Shown here: one piece after another, positions 47,426 to 56,485 of the stretch | Layout: each line of letters begins with the position of its first letter | Numbering within the stretch: the stretch's first letter is position 1 | Source of the DNA: an uncultured Lachnospiraceae bacterium | Lineage (GTDB): Bacteria; Bacillota; Clostridia; Lachnospirales; Lachnospiraceae | Length of the DNA: 64,000 nucleotides | Reading direction: 5' to 3' | Assembly: GCA_949132985.1 (NCBI GenBank) | Contig: CASCGD010000003.1 | Span: forward strand, 1,147-65,146 | The notes under the pieces: generated by a model | What the model saw: only the letters and a program-made list of their open reading frames with translations | What the model was told of the DNA's origin: nothing | Databases searched by the model: none | Made by a program: the position numbers and the translations under genes

Positions 47426-47623
47426 ATGAAGAGATATGGCAAAGATTTCGAACTGACAGAGGAACTTATGGATACAATAGGCAGTTACATGGACGATGAC
47501 ATACGCGAGGATATCCACGGAGAGATGGCCCCTTGCACGCCGGAAGAATTTTTAAAAAGGTATCTGGAATCAGACCCGGACTTCGCGGAACTTTTGAAAT
47601 CTGAATTTGATATTGTGATGTGA
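47426..47623 (+). CDS. AcrIC5-like small acidic protein
   Basis: YMDDDIREDIHGEMAPCTPEEFLKRY resembles the AcrIC5 core as recalled; highly acidic. Confidence 0.65.
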   Translation: MKRYGKDFELTEELMDTIGSYMDDDIREDIHGEMAPCTPEEFLKRYLESDPDFAELLKSEFDIVM

Positions 47624-47636
47624 GGCGCTTTGAGTA

Positions 47637-48419
47637 ATGGGTATATGGGAAAAACTGTTGGAAACGTATGACACATATTGTGAGAGCGGGCGCGTAGCGC
47701 CCGTTGCGCATACGCGGATTATTATGCATATTGGGGTAGTATTGGATAAAGAGTCAAACGTGCTCGTTGCGGCAAAGGGGAAACAGTCCATACTCGCTCC
47801 GTGCACGATTGACTCCGAGTGCAGGACAAGAAATGTTGCCCCGCACCTGCTCCACGACAACGTATCGTACATTGTGCCGGGCGTGGACGATAAAAGGCAC
47901 AGGGCATACCTTGAGCAGTTGGGGGCGTATGTGTCACAGGTGAACGATCCGCTAGCACAGATCATATACGATTATGTAAAGCGGGAGACGATTGCAGATG
48001 ATTTGAAACATCTGGTCGATCTGGCGGATAGGAAAAATAAAGGTCTTGTTATTGGATTTGGGATAAGGGACATACCGGAGACGCTGGATGCGTCGATAGA
48101 TACGATATGGACGGATTATTATTTGTCCACTCTTCCCATAAATGGGATATGCGGCATCACCGGACAGCCGGATCATATACCGGGCAAATATCCGGGGAAT
48201 ATCAGGCATCCAAGTGACATGGCAAAATTGTTTGTCGGTAAAGATACAGATCCTTTGTGCAGTATGCCAAAGATAAAGGCGGGCTATATTGCCAGCCAGA
48301 AAATTATACATATGCTGCAGGCAATGCACGGAGGATGGGTGGAGCAAGACGAATTGCCTTTGACCGATTGTGTATTGAGGGTGGGTGATCTTGCACACGA
48401 AGAAAGAGCGGAATTATGA
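47637..48419 (+). CDS. Orphan, C-terminally truncated Cas8c/Csd1-like protein
   Basis: W.KL.ETYD, PVAHT, PCT..S..RT...APH.L.D...Y, YLEQL, GIC.ITG...P..IR...D.AKL, SQK. Confidence 0.75.
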   Translation: MGIWEKLLETYDTYCESGRVAPVAHTRIIMHIGVVLDKESNVLVAAKGKQSILAPCTIDSECRTRNVAPHLLHDNVSYIVPGVDDKRHRAYLEQLGAYVSQVNDPLAQIIYDYVKRETIADDLKHLVDLADRKNKGLVIGFGIRDIPETLDASIDTIWTDYYLSTLPINGICGITGQPDHIPGKYPGNIRHPSDMAKLFVGKDTDPLCSMPKIKAGYIASQKIIHMLQAMHGGWVEQDELPLTDCVLRVGDLAHEERAEL

Positions 48420-49036
48420 AAAACAGAACACAAAAGGTTTGCCAGGACTGCGGCAAGCCTTTTTATGGAGGTAAAGATTGCTTTTACTGCCCGGGCTGCG
48501 CCAAAAAGAAAAAATCTGATACGGTAAAAAGAATCCGTGTCTGCCAGGATTGCGGAGTTGAATTTTTTGGCGGGCCGCGGTCAAAGAGGTGTCCAAACTG
48601 CGCGCGTTTGGCAAAGCGGGAGCGGGACAGGAAAAATAAAAAAGAAGGCCCGAAAAGACCGACTGGCAGCATGGACGTATGCGCTGTATGCGGGAAAGAA
48701 TACATTGTCTCTTCTGGCCGTCAAAAATACTGCTCTGAGGCTTGCCAGCGCAAAGGCGTGTTAGAGTGGCAGCGGAAACATAAAAAAGGATATAGCAAAG
48801 AGTCGGGACAGGATGCAAAAAAGCAGGGACGGCGCAAAGAGCAAAAAAAGATATGCGTATATTGCTTGCGGGAATTTAAGAGCAGCACGTCAACAAATAC
48901 ATGCTCCGAATATTGCAGATCGGAGCAGAAAAAGCTTGAACAGTGTGTTGTCGACGTGAAAAGAGGGCGCAAAAGGGATTTGAAAAGATACGAGGATATG
49001 CGGAAGGAGTATAGGGAGAGGATGCGGAAAACATAA
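48416..49036 (+). CDS. Basic multi-Zn-ribbon protein
   Basis: Four CxxC...CxxC/CSxxC units; Lys/Arg-rich. Confidence 0.8.
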   Translation: MKNRTQKVCQDCGKPFYGGKDCFYCPGCAKKKKSDTVKRIRVCQDCGVEFFGGPRSKRCPNCARLAKRERDRKNKKEGPKRPTGSMDVCAVCGKEYIVSSGRQKYCSEACQRKGVLEWQRKHKKGYSKESGQDAKKQGRRKEQKKICVYCLREFKSSTSTNTCSEYCRSEQKKLEQCVVDVKRGRKRDLKRYEDMRKEYRERMRKT

Positions 49037-49186
49037 ATTTTGTCTCGGAATGCGGTGGAATGCCCAGAGGAGTGATGAATAAAAGGAAGCTATGTCGGGA
49101 AATGAGCCTTAAAAAAGGAAATATTTTAAAGTACGAAGGCATATTATATATTATAATAGGAAGAAACAGGCGTGAGGTTGTAACTG

Positions 49187-49208
49187 AAATGTCTCATAAA
49201 TGTCTCAA
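49187..49208. other. Tandem direct repeat AAATGTCTCA x2; likely integrase arm-type sites
   Basis: About 40 bp inside the att core. Confidence 0.55.
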
Positions 49209-49246
49209 ATATAGCCCTAAATGCGCATAAACAGCGCAATAAGGCA

Positions 49247-49292
49247 TTGACTTTTAATCAAGTTGTCGGGGGTTCGAATCCCCCGTGTCTCA
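49247..49292 (+). other. attR core: 3' half of tRNA-Lys(UUU)
   Basis: TTGACTTTTAATCAA anticodon arm, GGTTCGAATCC T-loop and 3' acceptor strand present; no D-arm or 5' acceptor strand upstream. Confidence 0.88.
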
Positions 49293-49299
49293 GGAGCGG

Positions 49300-49344
49300 A
49301 AAATCGCCGTAAGCCTTGATTTTTCAGGGGCTGCGGCGATTTTT
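49300..49344 (+). terminator. Host tRNA terminator
   Basis: AAAATCGCCG...CGGCGATTTTT. Confidence 0.75.
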
Positions 49345-50041
49345 GTGTAGTGGGATGCGTGCAGTAGTTAAATGCTTTGTCATGTTCTCAGGCAGCATTA
49401 TGATAATCGATAACAGCGATTTCTGTTAAGATGCCTTTAAATTTTTTTGATGATTGGGGAGTAAGCAGTTGCAATCCATAATATTTCCAAACGGCTGACG
49501 ATTACGACATGCAGATATTGTTTGTTTACGGGTAGACCAGGAACGCGGCAACTTGGTTATGGGTAATCATTTGGATATTGCTCGATAATTTCTCTGTTTT
49601 TTTATGCAGGATAGGTCCCCCCTTGTGAACGGAGGGTATCTTTCATTCAAATACTGCGTTCCATTATCAGAATAGCGCACGACATTTGGAAAACCAATAT
49701 ATATTCCCGGCTTTTTAAAAACATAGTGGTAAATAAACGAGTGACATAGGTCCATGTTCTTTCCTGCAAGTAAGCCAACTGTGTTTTATAACATATAATT
49801 GTGAAGAAAACATGATCCATCCGGCATTTTTAATATATTATATCATAAAAAGAATGTATCGGAGAAGGGAACGGGCTATTACGGAAAATCGCGCGTGAAA
49901 CGAACATAAAAAATACAAAAAATGCACAAAAAGAAGAAAAAGGCTCTTCCATATTTTAGAGGATAGTGCTATAATATTTTCATAGTACGTGCTACCCTTT
50001 TGAGCAGCACAGAAAAAAGAAAAAGGAAAGGAAGAAATGAA

Positions 50042-51046
50042 ATGAAGAACAAATTCAAAAAAATTGTTGCTACCGTGGCTGCAATTGCAGTTGCATTGAC
50101 CACAGTCGTAGTGACAGACGTAACAACTGCGCAGGCGGCGGAGTATGATGATTTATATATGTCGGCAAGCGCAGAGAACGGTGCAGCAGGCGTAGAGAAC
50201 AAGTACAACTTTACGGTTAATAATGCAGGCAAGGTGTATTTCCAGATTGCAACGACAGAGTACACTGGCATTACCGTAACACTCTACAACAGCACAGGCG
50301 GTAAGGTAGAGGATGCGAATAATCCGCTTTATATTTCAAGCACGGATGAAGTGTGGACCATGGATTCCTCAACCGGTTATGCGATCAATGGTGACATGTG
50401 GGAGCTGCCGGCAGGCGATTATACATACGGTGTGAAATTTGATACCGATCATCAGTATCTGATCAATATTTATCAGGAGAAGCCTTCCGCAAAGATCAGT
50501 GATTCCAAGGCTACCGTTACCACCGGTTTCACAAAGAAGCTCAGCGTAAGCGGCTCTAAGGTTACAAAGTGGTCCAGCAGCAAGAAATCTGTTGCAACCG
50601 TAGATTCTAAGGGTAAGGTTACCGCTAAGAAGACCGGTAAGGCAACGATCAGTGCGAAGTGCGAAAACGGCCAGACCGTAAAGTGTGTTGTAACCGTTAA
50701 GGCGAATAAGTACACCGCAAGCAAGATCTCCGTTGGCCAGGTTACTTATGGCAAGTGGGGAATGGAAGCTTACAGTGCAAGCTTCGACTCAAAGGGCAAT
50801 CTGGTAGTTAAGGTAAGAATCGCGAACAACACAACCGGACGCCTGACTCAGATCAGAAGCTTAAAGGTTACCGTTAAGAACGGCAGTGGAAAAACCGTTG
50901 CGAAATATTCTACAAGCAAGAAGAATATCTCTGTTCCGGCATACTCCACAAAGGATACCAGCTTCACAATCGCTAAGTCTAAGGTTAAGAAAGTAGACCT
51001 GAGAAATGCAACGATTACCTGCAGCGGTAATGGATACGGATATTAA
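50042..51046 (+). CDS. Secreted/surface protein with bacterial Ig-like (Big_2) domain
   Basis: Signal peptide ending AQA; KWSSSKKSVATVDSKGKVTAKKTGKATISA. Confidence 0.85.
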   Translation: MKNKFKKIVATVAAIAVALTTVVVTDVTTAQAAEYDDLYMSASAENGAAGVENKYNFTVNNAGKVYFQIATTEYTGITVTLYNSTGGKVEDANNPLYISSTDEVWTMDSSTGYAINGDMWELPAGDYTYGVKFDTDHQYLINIYQEKPSAKISDSKATVTTGFTKKLSVSGSKVTKWSSSKKSVATVDSKGKVTAKKTGKATISAKCENGQTVKCVVTVKANKYTASKISVGQVTYGKWGMEAYSASFDSKGNLVVKVRIANNTTGRLTQIRSLKVTVKNGSGKTVAKYSTSKKNISVPAYSTKDTSFTIAKSKVKKVDLRNATITCSGNGYGY

Positions 51047-51064
51047 TATTTACTGACGGATAAC

Positions 51065-51100
51065 AGACCCCCGGATGGTATTTGCCCTCCGGGGGTTTTA
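51065..51100 (+). terminator. Intrinsic terminator
   Basis: ACCCCCGGA...TCCGGGGGTTTT. Confidence 0.75.
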
Positions 51101-51169
51101 CAAATGGAACCGGAAGCTGCTTCAAAGATGTTTTTGGACAGTTCCTCAGAGAGCAATACAGGAGACAAA

Positions 51170-53038
51170 ATGACTGCAACACAATTGCTGAAAACTTATT
51201 TTGGCTATGATTCCTTTCGCAAAGGGCAGCAGGAGCTAATCGATTCTATTTTATCGGGAAAGGATGTCATGGCTGTGATGCCAACCGGTGCCGGGAAGTC
51301 CATCTGTTATCAGGTGCCTGCGCTGCTTCTCTCAGGCATCACGCTTGTTATTTCGCCCCTCATTTCTTTAATGCAGGATCAGGTTAAATCTTTAAACGAA
51401 GCCGGAATTCACGCGGCGTTTATCAATTCCTCACTGACAGAAACACAGATCGCAAAGGCGCTTCATCTGGCAAGGGAAGGCGTTTATAAAATCATCTATG
51501 TGGCACCGGAACGGCTGGAGAGCGCAGGCTTTCTGGATTTTGCGATGGGCAGCGATATTTCGATGGTTACGGTTGACGAGGCGCACTGCATTTCTCAGTG
51601 GGGACAGGATTTTCGGCCCAACTATTTAAAAATTGTGGATTTTATTGAACGTCTGCCGGCCCGCCCCATCGTGAGCGCGTTTACGGCGACGGCCACGGAG
51701 GAGGTCAAGACAGATATTATATGTGTTTTAAAGCTGCATGAGCCGAAGGTCGTTGTGACGGGTTTTGACCGGGAGAATCTCTACTACCGTGTGGAGCAGC
51801 TTTCTGCCGGGCAGAAGGTGGCTTTTGTGACGGACTACATCAGCAAGCACCCGAACGAGAGCGGAATCATCTATTGCGCCACGAGGAAAAATGTGGATAT
51901 GCTCTATGAGAGCTTATTTAAGCAGGGTGTACCGGTGACCAGCTATCACGCAGGAATTGACAATGAGCTGCGAAAGAAAAATCAGGAGGATTTTATTTAT
52001 GACCGGACACCGGTCATCGTGGCTACAAACGCCTTTGGCATGGGCATCGATAAGTCGAACGTGCGGTTTGTGATTCACTATAATATGCCGCAGAGTATGG
52101 AAAATTATTATCAGGAGGCCGGCCGCGCGGGACGGGATGGTGAGAGTGCGCAGTGCATCCTGCTGTTTTCTCCTCAGGATGTCCGCATCAATCAGTTTCT
52201 GCTCGACCGAAAAGATTTTGAAGGCTCCGAAAGCGACGAGATCGAATTGATCCGGCAGAGAGATGCACAGAGACTTTGGGTGATGGAGGGATATTGCAAG
52301 AGTACCTCCTGTCTCAGAAATTATATTCTCACCTATTTTGGCGAACGGGTTTTGGTGCCCTGTGATAATTGCGGGAACTGCCACGGAGAATATGAAGAGG
52401 TCGATATGACCGAGGACGCGAAATGGGTGATTAACTGTATCGCGGAGACGAGGGGCAGATTTGGGCTGAGCATTGTGACAGGTGCACTGCTGGGAGCAAA
52501 ACGCGCCAGATTAAACGAGGTGGGGGCGACGGAGTATAAGTCTTATGGGGCGCTCTCAGGCAGGAGCGAAGGGGCGCTTCGGCTGCTGATTGACCGGTTG
52601 CTGGCGGAGGGATTCATCACCCGAACGGAGGGCGCATACAGTGTCCTGCAAATGGGCGATATCCGAAGACTGAGAGACGAGAATACCCGGATTGTGGTTC
52701 GCATGCCGAAGAAGAAGGAGACGGCGGTAAAGAGCAGAGGCATGAGCAAGCGCAGTACGGATTCCCTCACCAGCGCAGGATACCGGCTGTTTGAACAGCT
52801 CAAAGGGCTGCGCCTTGCCATCGCAAGGGAGGAAGGCATGCCGCCCTATATCGTTTTCAGCGATAAGACGCTGATCGATATGTGCGCCAGACTTCCCGGA
52901 AACAAGCAGGAAATGCTGGCGGTCTCCGGCGTCGGGGAACATAAATTTCAAAAATACGGGGAACGCTTTTTAGATGAAATCGCGAAATTTGCGGCTGATC
53001 ATCCGGGAGCGGTGGTTGTTTCGGAGGTGGAGGAGTAG
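51170..53038 (+). CDS. recQ: DNA helicase RecQ
   Basis: PTGAGKS, DEAHCISQWG, QEAGRAGRDG, Zn/RQC and HRDC regions. Confidence 0.96.
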   Translation: MTATQLLKTYFGYDSFRKGQQELIDSILSGKDVMAVMPTGAGKSICYQVPALLLSGITLVISPLISLMQDQVKSLNEAGIHAAFINSSLTETQIAKALHLAREGVYKIIYVAPERLESAGFLDFAMGSDISMVTVDEAHCISQWGQDFRPNYLKIVDFIERLPARPIVSAFTATATEEVKTDIICVLKLHEPKVVVTGFDRENLYYRVEQLSAGQKVAFVTDYISKHPNESGIIYCATRKNVDMLYESLFKQGVPVTSYHAGIDNELRKKNQEDFIYDRTPVIVATNAFGMGIDKSNVRFVIHYNMPQSMENYYQEAGRAGRDGESAQCILLFSPQDVRINQFLLDRKDFEGSESDEIELIRQRDAQRLWVMEGYCKSTSCLRNYILTYFGERVLVPCDNCGNCHGEYEEVDMTEDAKWVINCIAETRGRFGLSIVTGALLGAKRARLNEVGATEYKSYGALSGRSEGALRLLIDRLLAEGFITRTEGAYSVLQMGDIRRLRDENTRIVVRMPKKKETAVKSRGMSKRSTDSLTSAGYRLFEQLKGLRLAIAREEGMPPYIVFSDKTLIDMCARLPGNKQEMLAVSGVGEHKFQKYGERFLDEIAKFAADHPGAVVVSEVEE

Positions 53039-53082
53039 AGGGAAAAGAATATGGAGACTGAAACATATATCATGTATGTGTC

Positions 53083-53138
53083 TTGACAAACAGAGGTTAC
53101 AGTTGTATCCTATAAACGAGGGTACGATTGTAACCTCT
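53083..53138 (+). promoter_or_regulatory. Promoter TTGACA-17-TATCCT with two BlaI/CopY boxes
   Basis: TACAGTTGTA at 53098 and TACGATTGTA at 53123 match TACAnnTGTA. Confidence 0.8.
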
Positions 53139-53288
53139 TTTGCGCGCAAGATAAGGAGCTGTTAAAAGTTCTTTTTGAACAAATCCTGAGCACACGAATG
53201 CAGACGACGAGGTGCTTTGTCCGCTTGGGAACAAACGGTAAGAAATGGAAGATGCGGAAGCTTCAGGAAAAATGAGAGGAGGACGAAT

Positions 53289-53735
53289 ATGTCAAAGCCG
53301 GAAGAAAAAATAACGGATGCGGAGCTGGAGGTCATGCAGGCCTTGTGGGAGGCGAAGGGGCCGATGACGCTGGCGCAGGTGAAAGCGGCGCTTGCCGGGC
53401 GCAACAAAGATACGACAAAGACGCTGCTTCGCCGTTTGTGTGAAAAGGGAGCGGTAGGGCAGGAAAAGAGGGAGGTTTATTATTATTGTCCATTGGTGGA
53501 GCGGGATGAGCTGGGGCTTTACCGCACCGGCCGTCTGATCGAAAAGCTCTATGCGGGGAGTGCAAAGGCGATGGTGGCGTCTCTGGTGGAGCATGAGCAG
53601 CTTGGCCCGCAGGACGTGGAGGAGCTGCGGGAGCTGTTCGCCAATTTGACGGGGAAGGCAGAGCGCAAAGCGCCTTTTGAGACAACTTCCGACGACCTGC
53701 CCGTGAATGGAGACAGGCGGGCATTACATCATTAA
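53289..53735 (+). CDS. BlaI/MecI/CopY family repressor
   Basis: ITDAELEVMQALW...TKTLL.RL..KG. Confidence 0.92.
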   Translation: MSKPEEKITDAELEVMQALWEAKGPMTLAQVKAALAGRNKDTTKTLLRRLCEKGAVGQEKREVYYYCPLVERDELGLYRTGRLIEKLYAGSAKAMVASLVEHEQLGPQDVEELRELFANLTGKAERKAPFETTSDDLPVNGDRRALHH

Positions 53736-53748
53736 AGGAGGCAGGCAT

Positions 53749-56208
53749 ATGGCAGATTTTTTGTTCCGTTTTTTACAGATGAGTGCGGTGGGTTCCCTGA
53801 TGGCGGGGCTGATCTTTCTGTGGCATCGCTTTCTTCGGAAAGAGGCGATTAACACGATTTTTTATTATATGTGGCTGCTTGTATTGCTGCGGCTGTGTGT
53901 GCCCTTTGGCGTTACGGTTTCGCTTCCTGTGGTCGGGGAATGGGCGTTTGAATCGGAGCGGAGGCTGGAAGACGGGGGAGCGGAGAGGCTGGCATCTGCG
54001 GAGAAGTCCGATGCGGCAGGGAAAGACCAGCCGGAATTTACAGGGAAGCAGGGTGCGGCAGGGAAAGACCGGCTGGAATTTGCAGGGAAGCAGGGCGCGG
54101 CAGGGAAAGACCAGCCGGAATTTGCAGGGAAGCCCGGTGCGGCAGAGAATGCTCCGCGGCTATCGGACGCGGGGAATGTGCTGCGGGAAGCAGGGCGCGG
54201 CTTCCAGGATTTTTTAAGCATTCCCTGGCTGTGGGTGCTTCTGTGGAGTGCAGGTGCGGTGGTCTGTCTGGGGCGCTATGTGACAGGATATGTTCGTTTT
54301 TACTGTGCGGTGAAAAGGGCTGCATTGGAGGCTTCGCCGAAAGCGCAGGAGGTATTGTGTGAACTTGATCCGGATGGCCGTGTCCGCATTCTGGAGTGTC
54401 CCTTTGCGGCGACGCCGATGCTGATGGGGCTTTTGCGGCCGACCATTGTTTTGCCCGTCGGTGTTGAGGACAAACAGCGGTTAAAGGATATTGTGACACA
54501 TGAGCTGGTCCACGCACGCCGCCATGATCTGCTCTATAAATGGTTTGCAGTGGCAGTGACGAGCCTCCACTGGTTTAACCCGGTTATGATTCTGGTGCGA
54601 AGGGAGATCGGCCGTGCCTGTGAGCTGTCCTGCGACGAGGCGGTGATGCGCGGCATGGACGGGGAAGAGCGGCTGCACTACGGAGAGACGCTGCTGAGTC
54701 TGGCGGCAGCTCATCCCGGCGGTTTAAGGCTGGTAACGATGACGTTGTGCGAGGAGAAAAAGCAGTTAAAGGAACGGCTGGTGTCCATCGCAGCCTATCG
54801 AAAAAAAGGAGCGGCGGCCGTGCTCGTGTCTGTGTATGTGTTAATCTTTTTGTGCAGCTGTGGGACGATTTCCGGTGCAGATTTTGTGAGGGCGGACGCG
54901 CCGGGAGAGAAAGCGGGCGGCAGCGCTTCCGGGATGAATCCGGCGGGAGAGAGCGAAGCGGTGGATATGGCAAATGCCGGGGCTGCGGATGTTCCGCAGG
55001 ACAGCGCAAATGCCGGGAACGGATCAGAGGATGACGGTTCGGACGGGAACCGGAGTAAAACGGCGGTGCTGCTTCGGGAAGCGCTATTGGGAGAAAGACC
55101 GATTCTCTGTGCGAACGGTGAGGACGCGCCTGTCTCCATGAACATTGATGATGTGCCGGATATTTTCGACCCGCACAGCGAATATGCGAAGATCTGGCAG
55201 TTTACGGTGATTGATCTGGACGGGGACGGCGAGGAGGAGGCAGTTCTGCGCATTTTAGGCTTGTCGGGCGATATGGGCGGCTGCCTGGTGCTCCACTGTG
55301 CGGATGACGAGGTGCTCGGTTTTGCCACAAGCTATCAGACGTTTGAAGTGCTCAAGGCAGACGGAACGTACAACGGCAGAGGGGGAGAGATACTGGACGG
55401 TGTTTGCAGGATGGGTTTTGAAGGGAATACCTGTACCTTTGACTGGCTGATTTCCTGTACGTTTTCCGATGCCGGGGAACAGACAGAGCAGGAGGAGGGC
55501 TATCCGGAGCTTTCTTATTATGTGAAGGGCGCATCCGTCAGTGAGGAGGAATGGAGCGCGGCAGTGAATGAGCAGGGTGAAAAGGAGGATGCTGAGTGGA
55601 GCTTTTATTCGAAAGCGGCGGTCGAGAGGCTGCTGACGGAGGATGGCGGCCTTCCGTTTGAATATACCCCGGACGATGCGGAAGCGGAAGACGGAACCGG
55701 CAAAGATTCAAAAACGAGTGATCAGAGCCGCGATGCCCGGGAGAAGAAGAATCTGGAGGACATGTATCAATTTCCGGTGCGCGTCTCCGATACGCGGTTG
55801 CTGACGGTGGTGCTTGATACGTCAGAGCCGGAAAAGAATTATTTTTCTGTGGAACGGATATACGTTTATGACGGCGATACGCTCATACAGACCATAGAGA
55901 CGGCGGAGCTGACACTGCCGCAGGATTACCTGTGGGAAGGATTGTTTGTAAACAAAGGCCATGCGGAGGGTGAGCCGGATGTTCGGGACGTGAACTTTGA
56001 CGGGGCGGAGGACTTCGGGCTTTTGTGTGCAGCTTCTTACCCGAAAAATCTTCCGTTCACGTACTTTTACTGGTTTGAGTCGGAAGGAAAGTTTGTGCAG
56101 GGCTTCACCATATTCGGCGGCAGGGCGCTGGAGGTGGATGAGGAGCAGAAATGCCTGATTGAGCACTGGTATGATGTGAACGGGGAGCATACGACCCGCT
56201 ATGCGTGA
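53749..56208 (+). CDS. BlaR1-type M56 metallopeptidase
   Basis: HELVH, HWFNP, CELSCDE, TM segments. Confidence 0.92.
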   Translation: MADFLFRFLQMSAVGSLMAGLIFLWHRFLRKEAINTIFYYMWLLVLLRLCVPFGVTVSLPVVGEWAFESERRLEDGGAERLASAEKSDAAGKDQPEFTGKQGAAGKDRLEFAGKQGAAGKDQPEFAGKPGAAENAPRLSDAGNVLREAGRGFQDFLSIPWLWVLLWSAGAVVCLGRYVTGYVRFYCAVKRAALEASPKAQEVLCELDPDGRVRILECPFAATPMLMGLLRPTIVLPVGVEDKQRLKDIVTHELVHARRHDLLYKWFAVAVTSLHWFNPVMILVRREIGRACELSCDEAVMRGMDGEERLHYGETLLSLAAAHPGGLRLVTMTLCEEKKQLKERLVSIAAYRKKGAAAVLVSVYVLIFLCSCGTISGADFVRADAPGEKAGGSASGMNPAGESEAVDMANAGAADVPQDSANAGNGSEDDGSDGNRSKTAVLLREALLGERPILCANGEDAPVSMNIDDVPDIFDPHSEYAKIWQFTVIDLDGDGEEEAVLRILGLSGDMGGCLVLHCADDEVLGFATSYQTFEVLKADGTYNGRGGEILDGVCRMGFEGNTCTFDWLISCTFSDAGEQTEQEEGYPELSYYVKGASVSEEEWSAAVNEQGEKEDAEWSFYSKAAVERLLTEDGGLPFEYTPDDAEAEDGTGKDSKTSDQSRDAREKKNLEDMYQFPVRVSDTRLLTVVLDTSEPEKNYFSVERIYVYDGDTLIQTIETAELTLPQDYLWEGLFVNKGHAEGEPDVRDVNFDGAEDFGLLCAASYPKNLPFTYFYWFESEGKFVQGFTIFGGRALEVDEEQKCLIEHWYDVNGEHTTRYA
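54013..54145 (+). repeat. In-frame 42-bp tandem repeat, ~3.2 copies (AAGKDQPEFTGKQG)
   Basis: Units start at 54013, 54055, 54097, 54139. Confidence 0.9.
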
Positions 56209-56485
56209 GGAACGCGCAGCCATTATGCACGCTTCGTCAGGGGAAATCGTGTGCATTGCAGGGCAGGGAATCATAATATAATTAAAAATCTTATAAAAAA
56301 ATTTAAAAAAGTAAGGAAATATGCTTCCAAATAGTGTATAATCTCTATACTGTGAATTTTCCAGAATACAGCTTCAGAATGAAGCTGCTGCTGCACGTAA
56401 ATCCGATTATAGGATTCCCGGAGGGGTTCCTATAATATAATTTATGAAAAGGAATATTTTCTTGAACAGATGGAGGCAAATTAGA

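Larger units (their letters stand above)
1..49292 (+). mobile_element. Temperate prophage with lambda-like head and contractile tail; left end (integrase/CI) lies outside the window
   Basis: Contiguous replication, packaging, head, tail and lysis modules ending in a duplicated tRNA-Lys 3' half; host housekeeping genes follow. Confidence 0.95.

Noticed and set aside
47637-48419. Functional phage-encoded type I-C CRISPR-Cas system
   Set aside because: Only a partial cas8c-like gene; no cas5/cas7/cas3 or array in the window
49220-49292. Complete tRNA-Lys gene
   Set aside because: 5' acceptor strand and D-arm are absent; this is the att duplication
49400-49830. Possible gene remnant between attR and the Ig-like gene
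   Set aside because: Only a 62-aa ORF with no recognisable motif; cannot be supported
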